Under the pieces are notes generated by a model. It did not search any database and had not been told where the DNA came from. It saw only the letters and a list, made by a program, of their open reading frames with translations. A DNA stretch of 64,000 nt, from assembly GCA_963781585.1 (NCBI GenBank), contig CAWAGQ010000005.1:256001-320000 (forward strand), given 5' to 3'. Source of the stretch: an uncultured Gemmatimonadaceae bacterium (lineage in GTDB: Bacteria > Gemmatimonadota > Gemmatimonadetes > Gemmatimonadales > Gemmatimonadaceae). This document shows, piece by piece, positions 10,748 through 20,069 of the stretch. The translations under genes were made by a program, and so were the position numbers. The stretch's first letter is position 1, and every line of letters begins with the position of its first letter.

Positions 10748-11773
10748 TCAGTCCCCACCCTGAAAGGGTGCCCTCGCCGTCGGGGCGTCCAGCACCAGGG
10801 CCAGTCGCTCAGGACTCACGTTTCCGCCGCAGAGCACCACGACGATCCGGGCATCCCGTAGCTGGGAGGCCGTGTGGAAGAGGGCCGCGACCGCCACTCC
10901 TGCAGAGCCCTCGACCACCACGTGCTCTTTCAGGAGGCAGTGACGCACGGCACTGGCAATCTCGTCCTCAGGTATTTCTACCCAGTAATCAACCAGAGTC
11001 CGACATAGCTCGAACGTGATGCTGTTCGCCTCGATCCCGCCCGCCGTTCCATCGGAAAGAGTCGGTTGGCTTGGCATTGCGATGACTCTTCCCGCTCGGA
11101 CGCTCCGCGCCATCACCGGGGAGGCCTCGGGTACCGCACCGATGACTTGCAGTCCCGGAAGGAAATCTTTCAGGTCTGCCGCCAACCCGCTCACCAGGCC
11201 GCCTCCTCCCACCGCGACGATCAGCGCGTCGAAGCGCTCCACTTGCCGGCGAAGCTCCGCCCCGATCGTGCCCTGTCCGGCCACGACGATCAGATCGTTG
11301 TACGGCGAGATGTAGGGACGCCCGGTGGAAGTCGCAACGGCACGCGCGTGCTGCTCGGTGTCGAGACCGTCGCGACCCACAACGACCACATCCGCCCCCG
11401 CTTCCCGTATTGCGCCCACCTTCACCTGCGAGGCTCCCTCCGGTACGAACACGGTCACCGGGATCCCCAGCACCCGTCCGGCGTGGGCCACCGCCACACC
11501 GTGGTTCCCCGACGACGCCGCGATGACGCCTGGGCGCGCTTCGTCACCAAGACTCAGCAGTCGGTTCGTGGCACCGCGCAGCTTGAACGATCCTGTGTAC
11601 TGCAGATTCTCGAGCTTCAGCAGTATCTGCGCGTTCGTCAGCTCGCGGAGAGCGGGCGATTCCAGGAGCGGCGTTTCGCGCACGAACGGGGTGATCCGGC
11701 GAGAGGCGATCGCGATCTCGGCGCGCAGGTCATCCAGGGGTCGCTCAGCAGACATGTGGCCGTGACTCGTCAC
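10748..11773 (-). CDS. Second threonine/serine dehydratase paralog
   Basis: KLENLQYTGSFKLRGA, SSGNHG, GQGTIG, GGGGL and CGGNV motifs; directly downstream of glnA. Confidence 0.9.
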   Translation of the reverse strand: MTSHGHMSAERPLDDLRAEIAIASRRITPFVRETPLLESPALRELTNAQILLKLENLQYTGSFKLRGATNRLLSLGDEARPGVIAASSGNHGVAVAHAGRVLGIPVTVFVPEGASQVKVGAIREAGADVVVVGRDGLDTEQHARAVATSTGRPYISPYNDLIVVAGQGTIGAELRRQVERFDALIVAVGGGGLVSGLAADLKDFLPGLQVIGAVPEASPVMARSVRAGRVIAMPSQPTLSDGTAGGIEANSITFELCRTLVDYWVEIPEDEIASAVRHCLLKEHVVVEGSAGVAVAALFHTASQLRDARIVVVLCGGNVSPERLALVLDAPTARAPFQGGD

Positions 11774-11816
11774 GTCGACCGCTCGAGGTCCGCGTCACCA
11801 TGTTGACTTCGGGCAA

Positions 11817-13220
11817 TCAGTACTTCAGGAGGTAGTTGTCGAGTTCCCACCTGGTGACCTGACTGATGTAGTCACGCCATTCCTCGCGCTTGGCGTAAAG
11901 GAAATGCTTCGCGACATGCTCGCCCAGCGCCGTCATGATCACCCCGTCCTTCTCCAGTTCGTCGCATGCCTCGTTCAGGTCGTGCGGCAGATCATCAATG
12001 CGCAACCGTCGCTTCTCCCGGTGGGACATCTCGAAGATGTTCGTGTCCACCGGCTCGCGATGATCCGCTTTGCTGTCGATGCCATCGAGTCCCGCCGCCA
12101 GCATGACGGCCAGAGCAAGGTACGGATTTGCCGACGGGTCCGGCATGCGGAGCTCCAGACGCGTACCCGCGCCGCGCCGCTGCGGCACGCGGATCAATGG
12201 CGAGCGGTTCCGCATCGACCATGCGACATTGACGGGCGCCTCGTAACCCGGCACCAGTCGCTTGTACGAGTTCACCAGCGGATTGGTGATGGCGCAGAAA
12301 CCACGGGCATGCGCGAGCAGACCTCCGAGGTAATGGAGCGCGACAGGACTCAGCTCCCACATACTGTCGGAATCCCAGAAGGCGTTCTTCCCATCGTGAA
12401 ACAACGACTGATGCGTGTGCATTCCGTTGCCATTCTGCCCGAAGATCGGCTTCGGCATGAATGAGGCGATCAACCCGAATCGCTGGGCAACGTACTTCAC
12501 CACGAAGCGAAAGGTCGCGATGTTGTCAGCCGTGGTCAGCGCGTCGGCATATCGGAAGTCGATCTCGTGCTGTCCGTGAGCCACCTCGTGGTGCGCCGCT
12601 TCCACTTCGAATCCCATTTGCTCGAGCGCAGCCACGATGGCTCGACGAGCGTCTTCCCCCAGATCGGCTGGAGCCAGGTCGAAATAGCCCCCCACATCCT
12701 GCGTCACCGTTGTCGGGCGTCCGGTGGGTTCCGGTTTGAAAACGAAGAACTCGGCCTCCATTCCCGCGTTCATGGTAAACCCCATCCCCGCCGCTCGCTC
12801 CAACTGACGTTTCAGCACACCGCGCGGGTCGCCCTCGAACGGCTCGCCATCCGGGCGGTTGATGTCGCAGATCAGACGCGCTACCCGACTCTCCGCGTCG
12901 CCCCAAGGGAAAATGCGGAACGTCGATAGGTCGGGCGCCAGCAACATGTCGGACTCCTCGATCCGCACAAAACCCTCGATCGAGGACCCATCGAACATGA
13001 TGTCGCCGGCAAGGGCCTTTTCAAATTGTGAGCCGGGGATCTCGACATTCTTGTTGACGCCGAGAATGTCCGTGAACTGCAGACGCAGAAATCGCACGTT
13101 CTGGCGCGATGCCAGCTCCAGGATGTCATGCCGGGTCGCTCCGGCCAGACTTCGCGTGTTGGTCACGTTGAGAGAGGTTGACACGTTGCCATTCCCGTCC
13201 ACCGGCCGATCTGCCTCCAC
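11817..13220 (-). CDS. glnA: Glutamine synthetase type I (GSI-alpha-like)
   Basis: FDGSSIEGF, HHEVAHGQHEIDF, FMPKPIFGQNGNGMHTHQSL, NSYKRLVPGYEAP and ELRMPDPSANPY motifs. Confidence 0.95.
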   Translation of the reverse strand: MEADRPVDGNGNVSTSLNVTNTRSLAGATRHDILELASRQNVRFLRLQFTDILGVNKNVEIPGSQFEKALAGDIMFDGSSIEGFVRIEESDMLLAPDLSTFRIFPWGDAESRVARLICDINRPDGEPFEGDPRGVLKRQLERAAGMGFTMNAGMEAEFFVFKPEPTGRPTTVTQDVGGYFDLAPADLGEDARRAIVAALEQMGFEVEAAHHEVAHGQHEIDFRYADALTTADNIATFRFVVKYVAQRFGLIASFMPKPIFGQNGNGMHTHQSLFHDGKNAFWDSDSMWELSPVALHYLGGLLAHARGFCAITNPLVNSYKRLVPGYEAPVNVAWSMRNRSPLIRVPQRRGAGTRLELRMPDPSANPYLALAVMLAAGLDGIDSKADHREPVDTNIFEMSHREKRRLRIDDLPHDLNEACDELEKDGVIMTALGEHVAKHFLYAKREEWRDYISQVTRWELDNYLLKY

Positions 13221-13343
13221 GGCGTGGCCCGTAGCTTACGCAGTCGAGGCACACGCCTCAACGCCAGCTGACGGGAAGAACAACCCTCGCGGGCGCGGGG
13301 GAGTATCTTTCTCGTCCCACGAACACCCCTTCCGATTCAAACC

Positions 13344-14162
13344 ATGAGCGCCTCGTCGCCCCCATCCCGGATCGTTTGCCCGGCCTGTGGCACAGCGGGA
13401 ACAGGTCGCTACTGCGCAGAGTGCGGTGCCGTCCTTCAGGGTGCCATCTGCGCAGGCTGTCGTTCGCTGCTCGCACCCGGGGCAAAGTTCTGTCACCGAT
13501 GCGGAGCGGCCGTCGGCTCGTCTCTCCCGGCATCAACTCCCCTGCCGCCTGCCCAGCGCGCGTCTGGTGCCCCTCCGATAAGTTCACTTCCCTGGCTCTT
13601 TGCCGGCCTTGCCATCGTGGCTTTGATCGTGATCCTGCTGGCTCAACGATCCAGCAGCGCTGGCGCGGCAGGCGGAGCGACACCTGGCGGTGCTCCGTTC
13701 GCGGGTGCGCCGGGAATGGTATCCGCTCCCGACATCTCGTCCATGACTCCCGAAGAGCGCGCCAGCCGACTCTTCGATCGGATCATGCGATTGGCAACCG
13801 AAGGCAAGCAGGACAGCGTGAGCCTGTTTGCCTCAATGGCCATTCCAGTCTACGAGTCGTTAGGCCCTCTCAATGCGGACCAGCGTTATGACTTCGGGCG
13901 CGTTGCCGAAGTGAGCGGCAATCTCGACATCGCGGCGGCGCAGGCGGATTCGATTCTGAAACCATCACCGACTCATCTCCTCGGACTCATACTCGCCGCG
14001 CGTGTCGCCGACATGAAGGGCAACCAGTCCGCTCGGAGTGCGTTCGAAAAGCGATTCCTTGCCGCCCAAGCTGCGGAACTCGCAAAGAACCTCCCCGAAT
14101 ACGCCCTGCACCGCACCGACATCGAGGCCGCTGCCGCCGCCGCCAATTCCGGTAAGCGGTGA
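13344..14162 (+). CDS. Double zinc-ribbon membrane protein with extracytoplasmic helical (TPR-like) domain
   Basis: CPAC..CAEC..CAGC..CHRC; one TM (LPWLFAGLAIVALIVILLA); helical C-terminus. Confidence 0.75.
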   Translation: MSASSPPSRIVCPACGTAGTGRYCAECGAVLQGAICAGCRSLLAPGAKFCHRCGAAVGSSLPASTPLPPAQRASGAPPISSLPWLFAGLAIVALIVILLAQRSSSAGAAGGATPGGAPFAGAPGMVSAPDISSMTPEERASRLFDRIMRLATEGKQDSVSLFASMAIPVYESLGPLNADQRYDFGRVAEVSGNLDIAAAQADSILKPSPTHLLGLILAARVADMKGNQSARSAFEKRFLAAQAAELAKNLPEYALHRTDIEAAAAAANSGKR

Positions 14163-14217
14163 GTCGCTCCGCTGCGCTTCCTTCCCTGGTAAACCTCAAC
14201 TCCGCCCATCCTCACCC

Positions 14218-15060
14218 GTGCCCCATTCCCGCACGATTCGCGTGTGCCACAGTCCGGATTCGGACGACGCCTTCATGTTCTTTGCCCTTGCCAACGGACT
14301 GATCGCGACCGACGGCCTGACATACGTGCACGAACTGCAGGACATCGAAACCCTGAATCAGCGGGCGCTGCGTCGGGAGCTCGAAGTAACCGCCGTTTCC
14401 ATCCACGCCTACGCCTACCTGGCGAAAGACTACCTGCTACTCCCGCACGGGGCCTCGATGGGAGATCGCTACGGCCCGCGGCTGGTCGCCCGTGGTCCGC
14501 TCACTCGAACGGACATTCGCGGACGACGCGTTGCGATTCCGGGCCTCCTCACCAGCGCGTATCTCGCACTCCGCCTCTTGGAGCCGGACTTCGAGGCCGT
14601 GCCCACCCCCTTCGACCAGATCGAAAACGCAGTCATCAGCGGAAGCGTGGATCATGGCCTCCTGATCCACGAGGGACAGCTCACCTACCGCGACGTGGGG
14701 CTCCACCTCGTCGTCGACCTCGGCGAGTGGTGGTATCAGGCAACTGGTTTGCCTCTTCCACTCGGTGGGAATATCATCCGAAGAGACCTCGGTAGCGACC
14801 TCATAGCGACAATTTCACGACATCTACGAGACAGTATCGAGTATTCATTAAGCCATCGTGAAAACGCCCTCGATCACGCGATGCTCTTCGCGCGAGGCTT
14901 GGACCGAGCCCGCGCCGACACCTTTGTGGACATGTACGTCAATAACTGGACCCGCGATTACGGTTCACGCGGACGCGAGGCCGTTCGTACCTTCCTGCAA
15001 CGTGGCGTCGAGGCCGGCATCATCCCGCATCCGGTTCAGGTGGAGTTCGCGCCGGGGTGA
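14218..15060 (+). CDS. mqnD: 1,4-dihydroxy-6-naphthoate synthase (futalosine menaquinone pathway)
   Basis: HSPDSDDAFMF, DIETLN, LLIHEGQLTY, DLGEWW..TGLPLPLGG and MYVN motifs; GTG start at 14218. Confidence 0.88.
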   Translation: MPHSRTIRVCHSPDSDDAFMFFALANGLIATDGLTYVHELQDIETLNQRALRRELEVTAVSIHAYAYLAKDYLLLPHGASMGDRYGPRLVARGPLTRTDIRGRRVAIPGLLTSAYLALRLLEPDFEAVPTPFDQIENAVISGSVDHGLLIHEGQLTYRDVGLHLVVDLGEWWYQATGLPLPLGGNIIRRDLGSDLIATISRHLRDSIEYSLSHRENALDHAMLFARGLDRARADTFVDMYVNNWTRDYGSRGREAVRTFLQRGVEAGIIPHPVQVEFAPG

Positions 15061-15367
15061 CGGGCCTCGTTTGCCGGCGCCTAACGCCCAGGGCTGGCTC
15101 TCACTCCAGTACCCGTCACGCCAGTACAGAGGCCCCCCATCCGGCAGCGCCGGCTTCCACGCGTATCCCTGGCCTACCGAGCTCATTCTTCCGGCTTGAC
15201 GCCACGGGAACATGATTGTACTACGGTGTTCGCGCCGCGACCGTCTTGAGCACGGCGCGTCGCCGTGCGTATGGGCACGGTGCTACTGACGCACGGGTTG
15301 CAGCTGGCAGCGGCTCGTGATCTGACTTGGCATCTGTTTGGTTGACCACATCAAGCAGGAGGCGGTC

Positions 15368-15901
15368 ATGCCGCGCGGCGAGGAGTGGACGAGGAAGCTG
15401 AGGTTCTCCGACGATGATGAGGTGGACGACCTCGGATATGGCGGCTCTTCGTTCGACGATGATGAGGATGACGACGAATCCGGATGGACGTCCGCGAAAC
15501 AGAGCAGCGGTCTATGGGATGAGCCGGAGGAAGCAGTCCTCGAGGAAGAAGAGGACCTCGTCGACCTCGCTGATGAGGAACCCGCAGCCGCGGTCGAAGC
15601 GGAGGAGGAGGAGATCGCGGTCTTTGGGGCACCACCCCCCGTCGCACGAGTGAGGGCTGCTAGAGCTTCGGCAACGCCTCGTCAGGAGGCTGCAAAACCC
15701 AAGGCGGCCAAACCTGCGCCCCGAAAGCGCCCTGCGGCCATCGCGCGAAAGGCAGCCCCCAAGAAGAAGGCTGCGAAGAAGGCCCCGTCTCGGCGTTCGA
15801 AGCCCGCGGCGAAGAAGAAGGCCACCAGAAAGGTCGCTCCGAAACGCAGTGCCTCGTCCAGGAGCACCAAGCGCGGCAAACCCGCGAAGCGCAAGAAGTA
15901 G
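15368..15901 (+). CDS. Intrinsically disordered protein: acidic N-half plus histone H1-like basic C-half
   Basis: AGGAGG RBS; D/E blocks followed by K/A/P/R repeats (KAAPKKKAAKKAP). Confidence 0.8.
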   Translation: MPRGEEWTRKLRFSDDDEVDDLGYGGSSFDDDEDDDESGWTSAKQSSGLWDEPEEAVLEEEEDLVDLADEEPAAAVEAEEEEIAVFGAPPPVARVRAARASATPRQEAAKPKAAKPAPRKRPAAIARKAAPKKKAAKKAPSRRSKPAAKKKATRKVAPKRSASSRSTKRGKPAKRKK

Positions 15902-16018
15902 TCGGGTCGCTGCCTCGCCTGGCGTTGGAGCGCACCGCGCCGGCACCGGCGCAGAACACCGCCTGGGTCGCGTCGGTCGGCTGGCGGACCGAAGTGGATC
16001 CGCGGTAATCTACGCATC

Positions 16019-16564
16019 ATGGCGGAGTCCCCGCTGGCACTGCTCCGCGCACACGCGCGTCATGCCCCCTGGAATGCGCGGGGACTCGCGGCGCATGTAA
16101 CCGCGCTCGTTGATGCGGCCGGCGTGCGGCCGACCAACACGTCGGCCCGCGCTGCACCTACCGCCCGCGCGGTGCGCTTCTACGTGTCCAATCAATTGAT
16201 GGACCGCCCCGATGGCCTCGGTACTTCGGCGACCTACAACTACCGCCACTTCCTCCAACTCCTCGCCATCAAGATCCGACAGCGTGAGGGCATTACGCTC
16301 AGCGCCATCAAGAAGGAGATCCGCGAAACAACCGGTGATGCGCTGGAGCGTCGCGTGGCGCAGGCGCTCGCCCCGGTGCTTCTCACCGGCACGCCCGCCG
16401 CAGCCGGACACGACGAGGAACAGCCTGCGTCGTGGCGACGCGTTCCAATTGCCGACGGTATTGAACTGCATGTGCGCGACGACTCGCCCGCTTCGCGGGA
16501 TGATACCGTCGTCGCCATGCGGGAGGCGGTCAGAGCCACGTTAGGCAGAACCGAGATGCGATGA
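16019..16564 (+). CDS. MerR-type HTH DNA-binding protein
   Basis: PTARAVRFYVSNQLMDRP...ATYNYRHFLQLLAIK..QREGITLSAIK; C-terminal WRRVPIADGIELHVR. Confidence 0.8.
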   Translation: MAESPLALLRAHARHAPWNARGLAAHVTALVDAAGVRPTNTSARAAPTARAVRFYVSNQLMDRPDGLGTSATYNYRHFLQLLAIKIRQREGITLSAIKKEIRETTGDALERRVAQALAPVLLTGTPAAAGHDEEQPASWRRVPIADGIELHVRDDSPASRDDTVVAMREAVRATLGRTEMR

Positions 16565-16583
16565 GACATTGGTGACCACGACC

Positions 16584-17294
16584 ATGGACTTCCGCCAGGC
16601 GGTCATCGTTATCACCGGTGTCGGGCGCCGAGGGCAGGTTGGGGAGATCGTCGCCCGGGCGTTCCTCCGGCGCGGTGCAACCGTGTGCGTCGTGGAACGC
16701 GATCGCACGCTCCTTGACGAGCGTGTCGCGGACCTGTCGGGGACTGACAACAGCGTATTCGGGTTCGCCGGTGATCTCACCGATCCGGTGGCCGTGGCAC
16801 AAATCGTTGGCCGCGTCGGCACCCTGGCGCCGACCGGTATCGCCGCCCTCGTGAACCTGGCCGGCGGATTCGCCAGCAGCGGTCCCGTTGCCGACTCCGA
16901 TCCCGAGACATGGCACCGACTCTTCTCGATCAACCTCACCACGGCGTACGTGGCGACTCGCGCCTTCCTCCCCCTGTTGCGCCGTGCACAAGGCTCGATC
17001 GTCTACTTCTCTTCGGCGAGCGCCCTGCCGGGAGCAAGTGTCGCGGAACTCGCCGCCTACGCCGGCTCCAAGGGCGCGGTGCTTACCCTCATGCGCGCGG
17101 TCGCCGCCGAGGAACGAGACAGCGGCGTTCGAGCCAATGCGCTCGCACCAAACGCGATACGAACGTCCGCAAACCTCCAATCGATGGGCGACCGCACATC
17201 ATACGTCGAACGGGAGACGGTTGCCGACTGGGTGCTCTGGCTTGCGGACCCAGGCTCTGGAGCGGTCACTGGTCAGGTGATCAGACTCGGCTAG
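16584..17294 (+). CDS. Short-chain dehydrogenase/reductase
   Basis: ITGVGRRGQVG Rossmann motif, VNLAGG, YAGSK (YxxxK), GVRANALAP, VTGQVI. Confidence 0.9.
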   Translation: MDFRQAVIVITGVGRRGQVGEIVARAFLRRGATVCVVERDRTLLDERVADLSGTDNSVFGFAGDLTDPVAVAQIVGRVGTLAPTGIAALVNLAGGFASSGPVADSDPETWHRLFSINLTTAYVATRAFLPLLRRAQGSIVYFSSASALPGASVAELAAYAGSKGAVLTLMRAVAAEERDSGVRANALAPNAIRTSANLQSMGDRTSYVERETVADWVLWLADPGSGAVTGQVIRLG

Positions 17295-17304
17295 CGAAGG
17301 CCCC

Positions 17305-18192
17305 GTGCTCGGGAACCCGACTCCATCCAGGTCCGCCAGCCACCCGCGCTCCACTGGAAGGCGCGTGCCGGTTCGCCTTGTTCTTCTCGATCGTTCCCTT
17401 GAAGGGTTGCCGGTCTTTCGCCTCAGCGACTCGTCGGAAGAGTCAGCCATCGTGTTCGCGCCGGAAACTGGGGGAAGATGGCGCGTGATCCCGAATCCGG
17501 GGGATCGACTTCCGGGCACCTTTGACCAGGATGTCTACGTCGAGGTGTGCCGTCGCTTTATCGAATCCGGCATGCCTGCCGACGGCACCATTCGTTTCAC
17601 GTTGCACGCCTTTCTTCGATCCATCGGTCGGCGTGCAGACGGCCGCACCTACGAACAACTCCGCAGCGCTCTCGTGCGGCTCGAGCGCACATTGCTTGAG
17701 TCCACCGCAGCCTATTGGAACGCCTCCACGGGCAGCGCGCTCGATCTGCGCTTCAGCCTCTTTCAGGCCGTGGCGATAGACCGGAGAAGAACGCTCGACC
17801 GCGATCAGATCCCCCTGTTCCCATCGCTCGCCGCCCACGAACCGGGTGACGCACGAGTCACCCTGGCGCCGAGCATACGGAGCAACATCGCTGCCGGTCA
17901 TGTGTCCATGGTTTCGACCACACAGTATTTCTCGCTCTCGTCTCCGGTCGCACGCAGGCTCTACCGCTTGCTCGAGGTGGCGCGCGCCGAAGGACTGCTG
18001 GCGTGGCGCATTCCGCTGTCGCAACTGGCCGCTCGCGTGCCGCTCACACAACGCTATCCCTCCCACCTGCGACGAGTCCTTCAACCGGCCCATGAGATGC
18101 TCCTTTCCGCAGGGGTCGTAAGGGACGCTCGCTTTCTACAGGTCGGCCGACGATGGATTGCGGACTACGTGCTCGCCGCTCGGCTCAGATGA
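17305..18192 (+). CDS. Plasmid-type replication initiator (RepA/RPA/Rep_3-like winged-helix) homolog
   Basis: LPGTFDQDVY, IRFTLHAFLRSIGR..DGRTYEQLRSALVRL, YFSLSSPVARRLYRLL and LRRVLQPAHEML patterns typical of Rep initiators. Confidence 0.7.
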   Translation: MLGNPTPSRSASHPRSTGRRVPVRLVLLDRSLEGLPVFRLSDSSEESAIVFAPETGGRWRVIPNPGDRLPGTFDQDVYVEVCRRFIESGMPADGTIRFTLHAFLRSIGRRADGRTYEQLRSALVRLERTLLESTAAYWNASTGSALDLRFSLFQAVAIDRRRTLDRDQIPLFPSLAAHEPGDARVTLAPSIRSNIAAGHVSMVSTTQYFSLSSPVARRLYRLLEVARAEGLLAWRIPLSQLAARVPLTQRYPSHLRRVLQPAHEMLLSAGVVRDARFLQVGRRWIADYVLAARLR

Positions 18193-18410
18193 CTGGCTCG
18201 TCGCCCGGCTCATTGACCCGCATCCCAGAACCGTCGGACCCTCCCTGGTGTCGAACTGGGCAGTCCGGCCTTCCGGGATCATCTTGCGCAGTGCTAGGCT
18301 TGAGGTAATTACCATCGGTTCGTGGCTCTGCGTGCGGTCCCTGCCGGGCTGCGGCATCATCTACGTGACCTCCTGAGCAACGCCACGTCATGGAAATACC
18401 CGGGGCCGAA

Positions 18411-18435
18411 GGAACTTGCGGTGCCCCAGCACGTA
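18411..18435 (+). promoter_or_regulatory. Candidate ECF-sigma promoter upstream of ctpA
   Basis: GGAAC-N16-CGTA, about 40 bp before the ATG. Confidence 0.4.
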
Positions 18436-18474
18436 TTCACACGGTAACAAATTCACCCCTCACCGAGTCTCTCG

Positions 18475-20058
18475 ATGCGCCGGATCCGGAAAGTCGCGCT
18501 CGCGGGCGTTGTCCTTGTTCCGCTCCTTGCAGGCGCCTTCGTTGTCCAGGAACGGTCCTCCCGTGAAGGAGGGCGTCTCTTCAGCCAGGTCCTTGATCTG
18601 GTTTCGAACAAGTTCGTCGACTCAGTGAACGATGGGGATCTCTACGAAAAGGCCGCGCGCGGTCTCGTCGAACAGTTGCAGGACCCCTATTCGGAGCTGA
18701 TGTCGCCGAAACAGCTCCAGCAATTCAATACCACGACCGCCGGTCGCTACGGCGGGCTGGGCATGCGGATCGAGGAGCAGGCCGGCAAGGGCGTCATCGT
18801 GTCACAGGTCTTCCCCAATACCCCTGCGGAGAACGCGGGTATTCGTGAGGGCGACCAGATCGTGGCGGTCGACTCCCTGTCCACACGCGGCTGGAACTCG
18901 CGCCGCATCTCGGATTCGCTGACCGGCGCGCCAGGGACCAAGGTTTCCGCCAGCTTCGCCCGGCCCGGCGTCCCTGAGCCTATCAAGGCGACGTTTACGC
19001 GCGCCCTGATCCATGTTCCGGCGGTCCCCTACGCCATCGTTCTGGATGGCGGCGTTGGCTACGTCCCGCTCCAGGGATTCATGGAGACCGCGACTACCGA
19101 GATGGCGACGGCCGTCCGGAATCTGGAGACGCAAAACGTCAAGGGACTGATCATCGATCTCCGCGGCAATCCAGGTGGGTTTCTCGAGCAGGCGCTCGCG
19201 ATCAGCAATCTCTTCCTCAAGGAAGGCACGGAGATCGCCAGCGTGCGCGGACGAAACATGGACCCGCAGACGTATTTCGCGCGCGAACGGCCGCTCGCCG
19301 CAACGCTACCGTTGGTCATTCTGACCGACCAGTACACCGCCTCAGCGTCCGAAATAGTCGCCGGTGCCCTCCAGGATCATGATCGAGCCGTCATTGTTGG
19401 AACGACGTCATTCGGGAAGGGACTCGTGCAGAGCCTTTTCTCGCTCGACGGTGGCTACGCGCTCAAGATGACCACGGCGAAGTGGTATACGCCGAGTGGT
19501 CGCTCAATCCAGAAGGAACGCCGCCTCAACGAGGATGGCATTCTGGTCGAGGTCCACCCTGATTCGCTGGAATCGGATTCTGCGCGCAAGGCGCGACCCG
19601 TCTTCCATTCGGACGACGGCCGTGTCGTATACGGAGGTGGCGCCATAACGCCGGACCTGGTGGTACAACCCGATACGTTCAGCACCGCCGAGCAGGAGTT
19701 TCGTAAGGTCACAGCGGCAAAATGGCCCGACATCTACAGCGTTATCTACGACTACGCGCTCGAACTGAAGCCGACGGTTTCACGCGACTTTGTCGTGAAG
19801 GCAGCCTGGCGTGAAGAGCTCTACCAGCGACTGCACAAGCAGGGGATCGAGATCGACAAGAAGCTCTACGATGGCGCGGCTCGGTACATCGACGACTACC
19901 TGGAACAGCGCATCACCCGGTTCGCGTTCGGGGACTCCACCGCCAGACGGCGAAGTCTCCACGACGACCCGCAGATGCGTCGTGCCCTGGACCTTCTGCA
20001 GCACGGCCAGTCGCAGAAGGAACTGTTCGCGCTCGTGGCTGCCAACAAGCCGCGTTAG
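18475..20058 (+). CDS. ctpA: S41 carboxyl-terminal processing protease
   Basis: DPYS, PDZ domain, DLRGNPGG, TASASEIVAGALQD, SFGKGLVQ and TPSGRSI motifs. Confidence 0.93.
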   Translation: MRRIRKVALAGVVLVPLLAGAFVVQERSSREGGRLFSQVLDLVSNKFVDSVNDGDLYEKAARGLVEQLQDPYSELMSPKQLQQFNTTTAGRYGGLGMRIEEQAGKGVIVSQVFPNTPAENAGIREGDQIVAVDSLSTRGWNSRRISDSLTGAPGTKVSASFARPGVPEPIKATFTRALIHVPAVPYAIVLDGGVGYVPLQGFMETATTEMATAVRNLETQNVKGLIIDLRGNPGGFLEQALAISNLFLKEGTEIASVRGRNMDPQTYFARERPLAATLPLVILTDQYTASASEIVAGALQDHDRAVIVGTTSFGKGLVQSLFSLDGGYALKMTTAKWYTPSGRSIQKERRLNEDGILVEVHPDSLESDSARKARPVFHSDDGRVVYGGGAITPDLVVQPDTFSTAEQEFRKVTAAKWPDIYSVIYDYALELKPTVSRDFVVKAAWREELYQRLHKQGIEIDKKLYDGAARYIDDYLEQRITRFAFGDSTARRRSLHDDPQMRRALDLLQHGQSQKELFALVAANKPR

Positions 20059-20069
20059 ATTCTCGAGGC

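Noticed and set aside
14965..15213. Trp-rich 82-aa minus-strand ORF
   Set aside because: Overlaps the mqnD 3' end, with no RBS or recognisable family.
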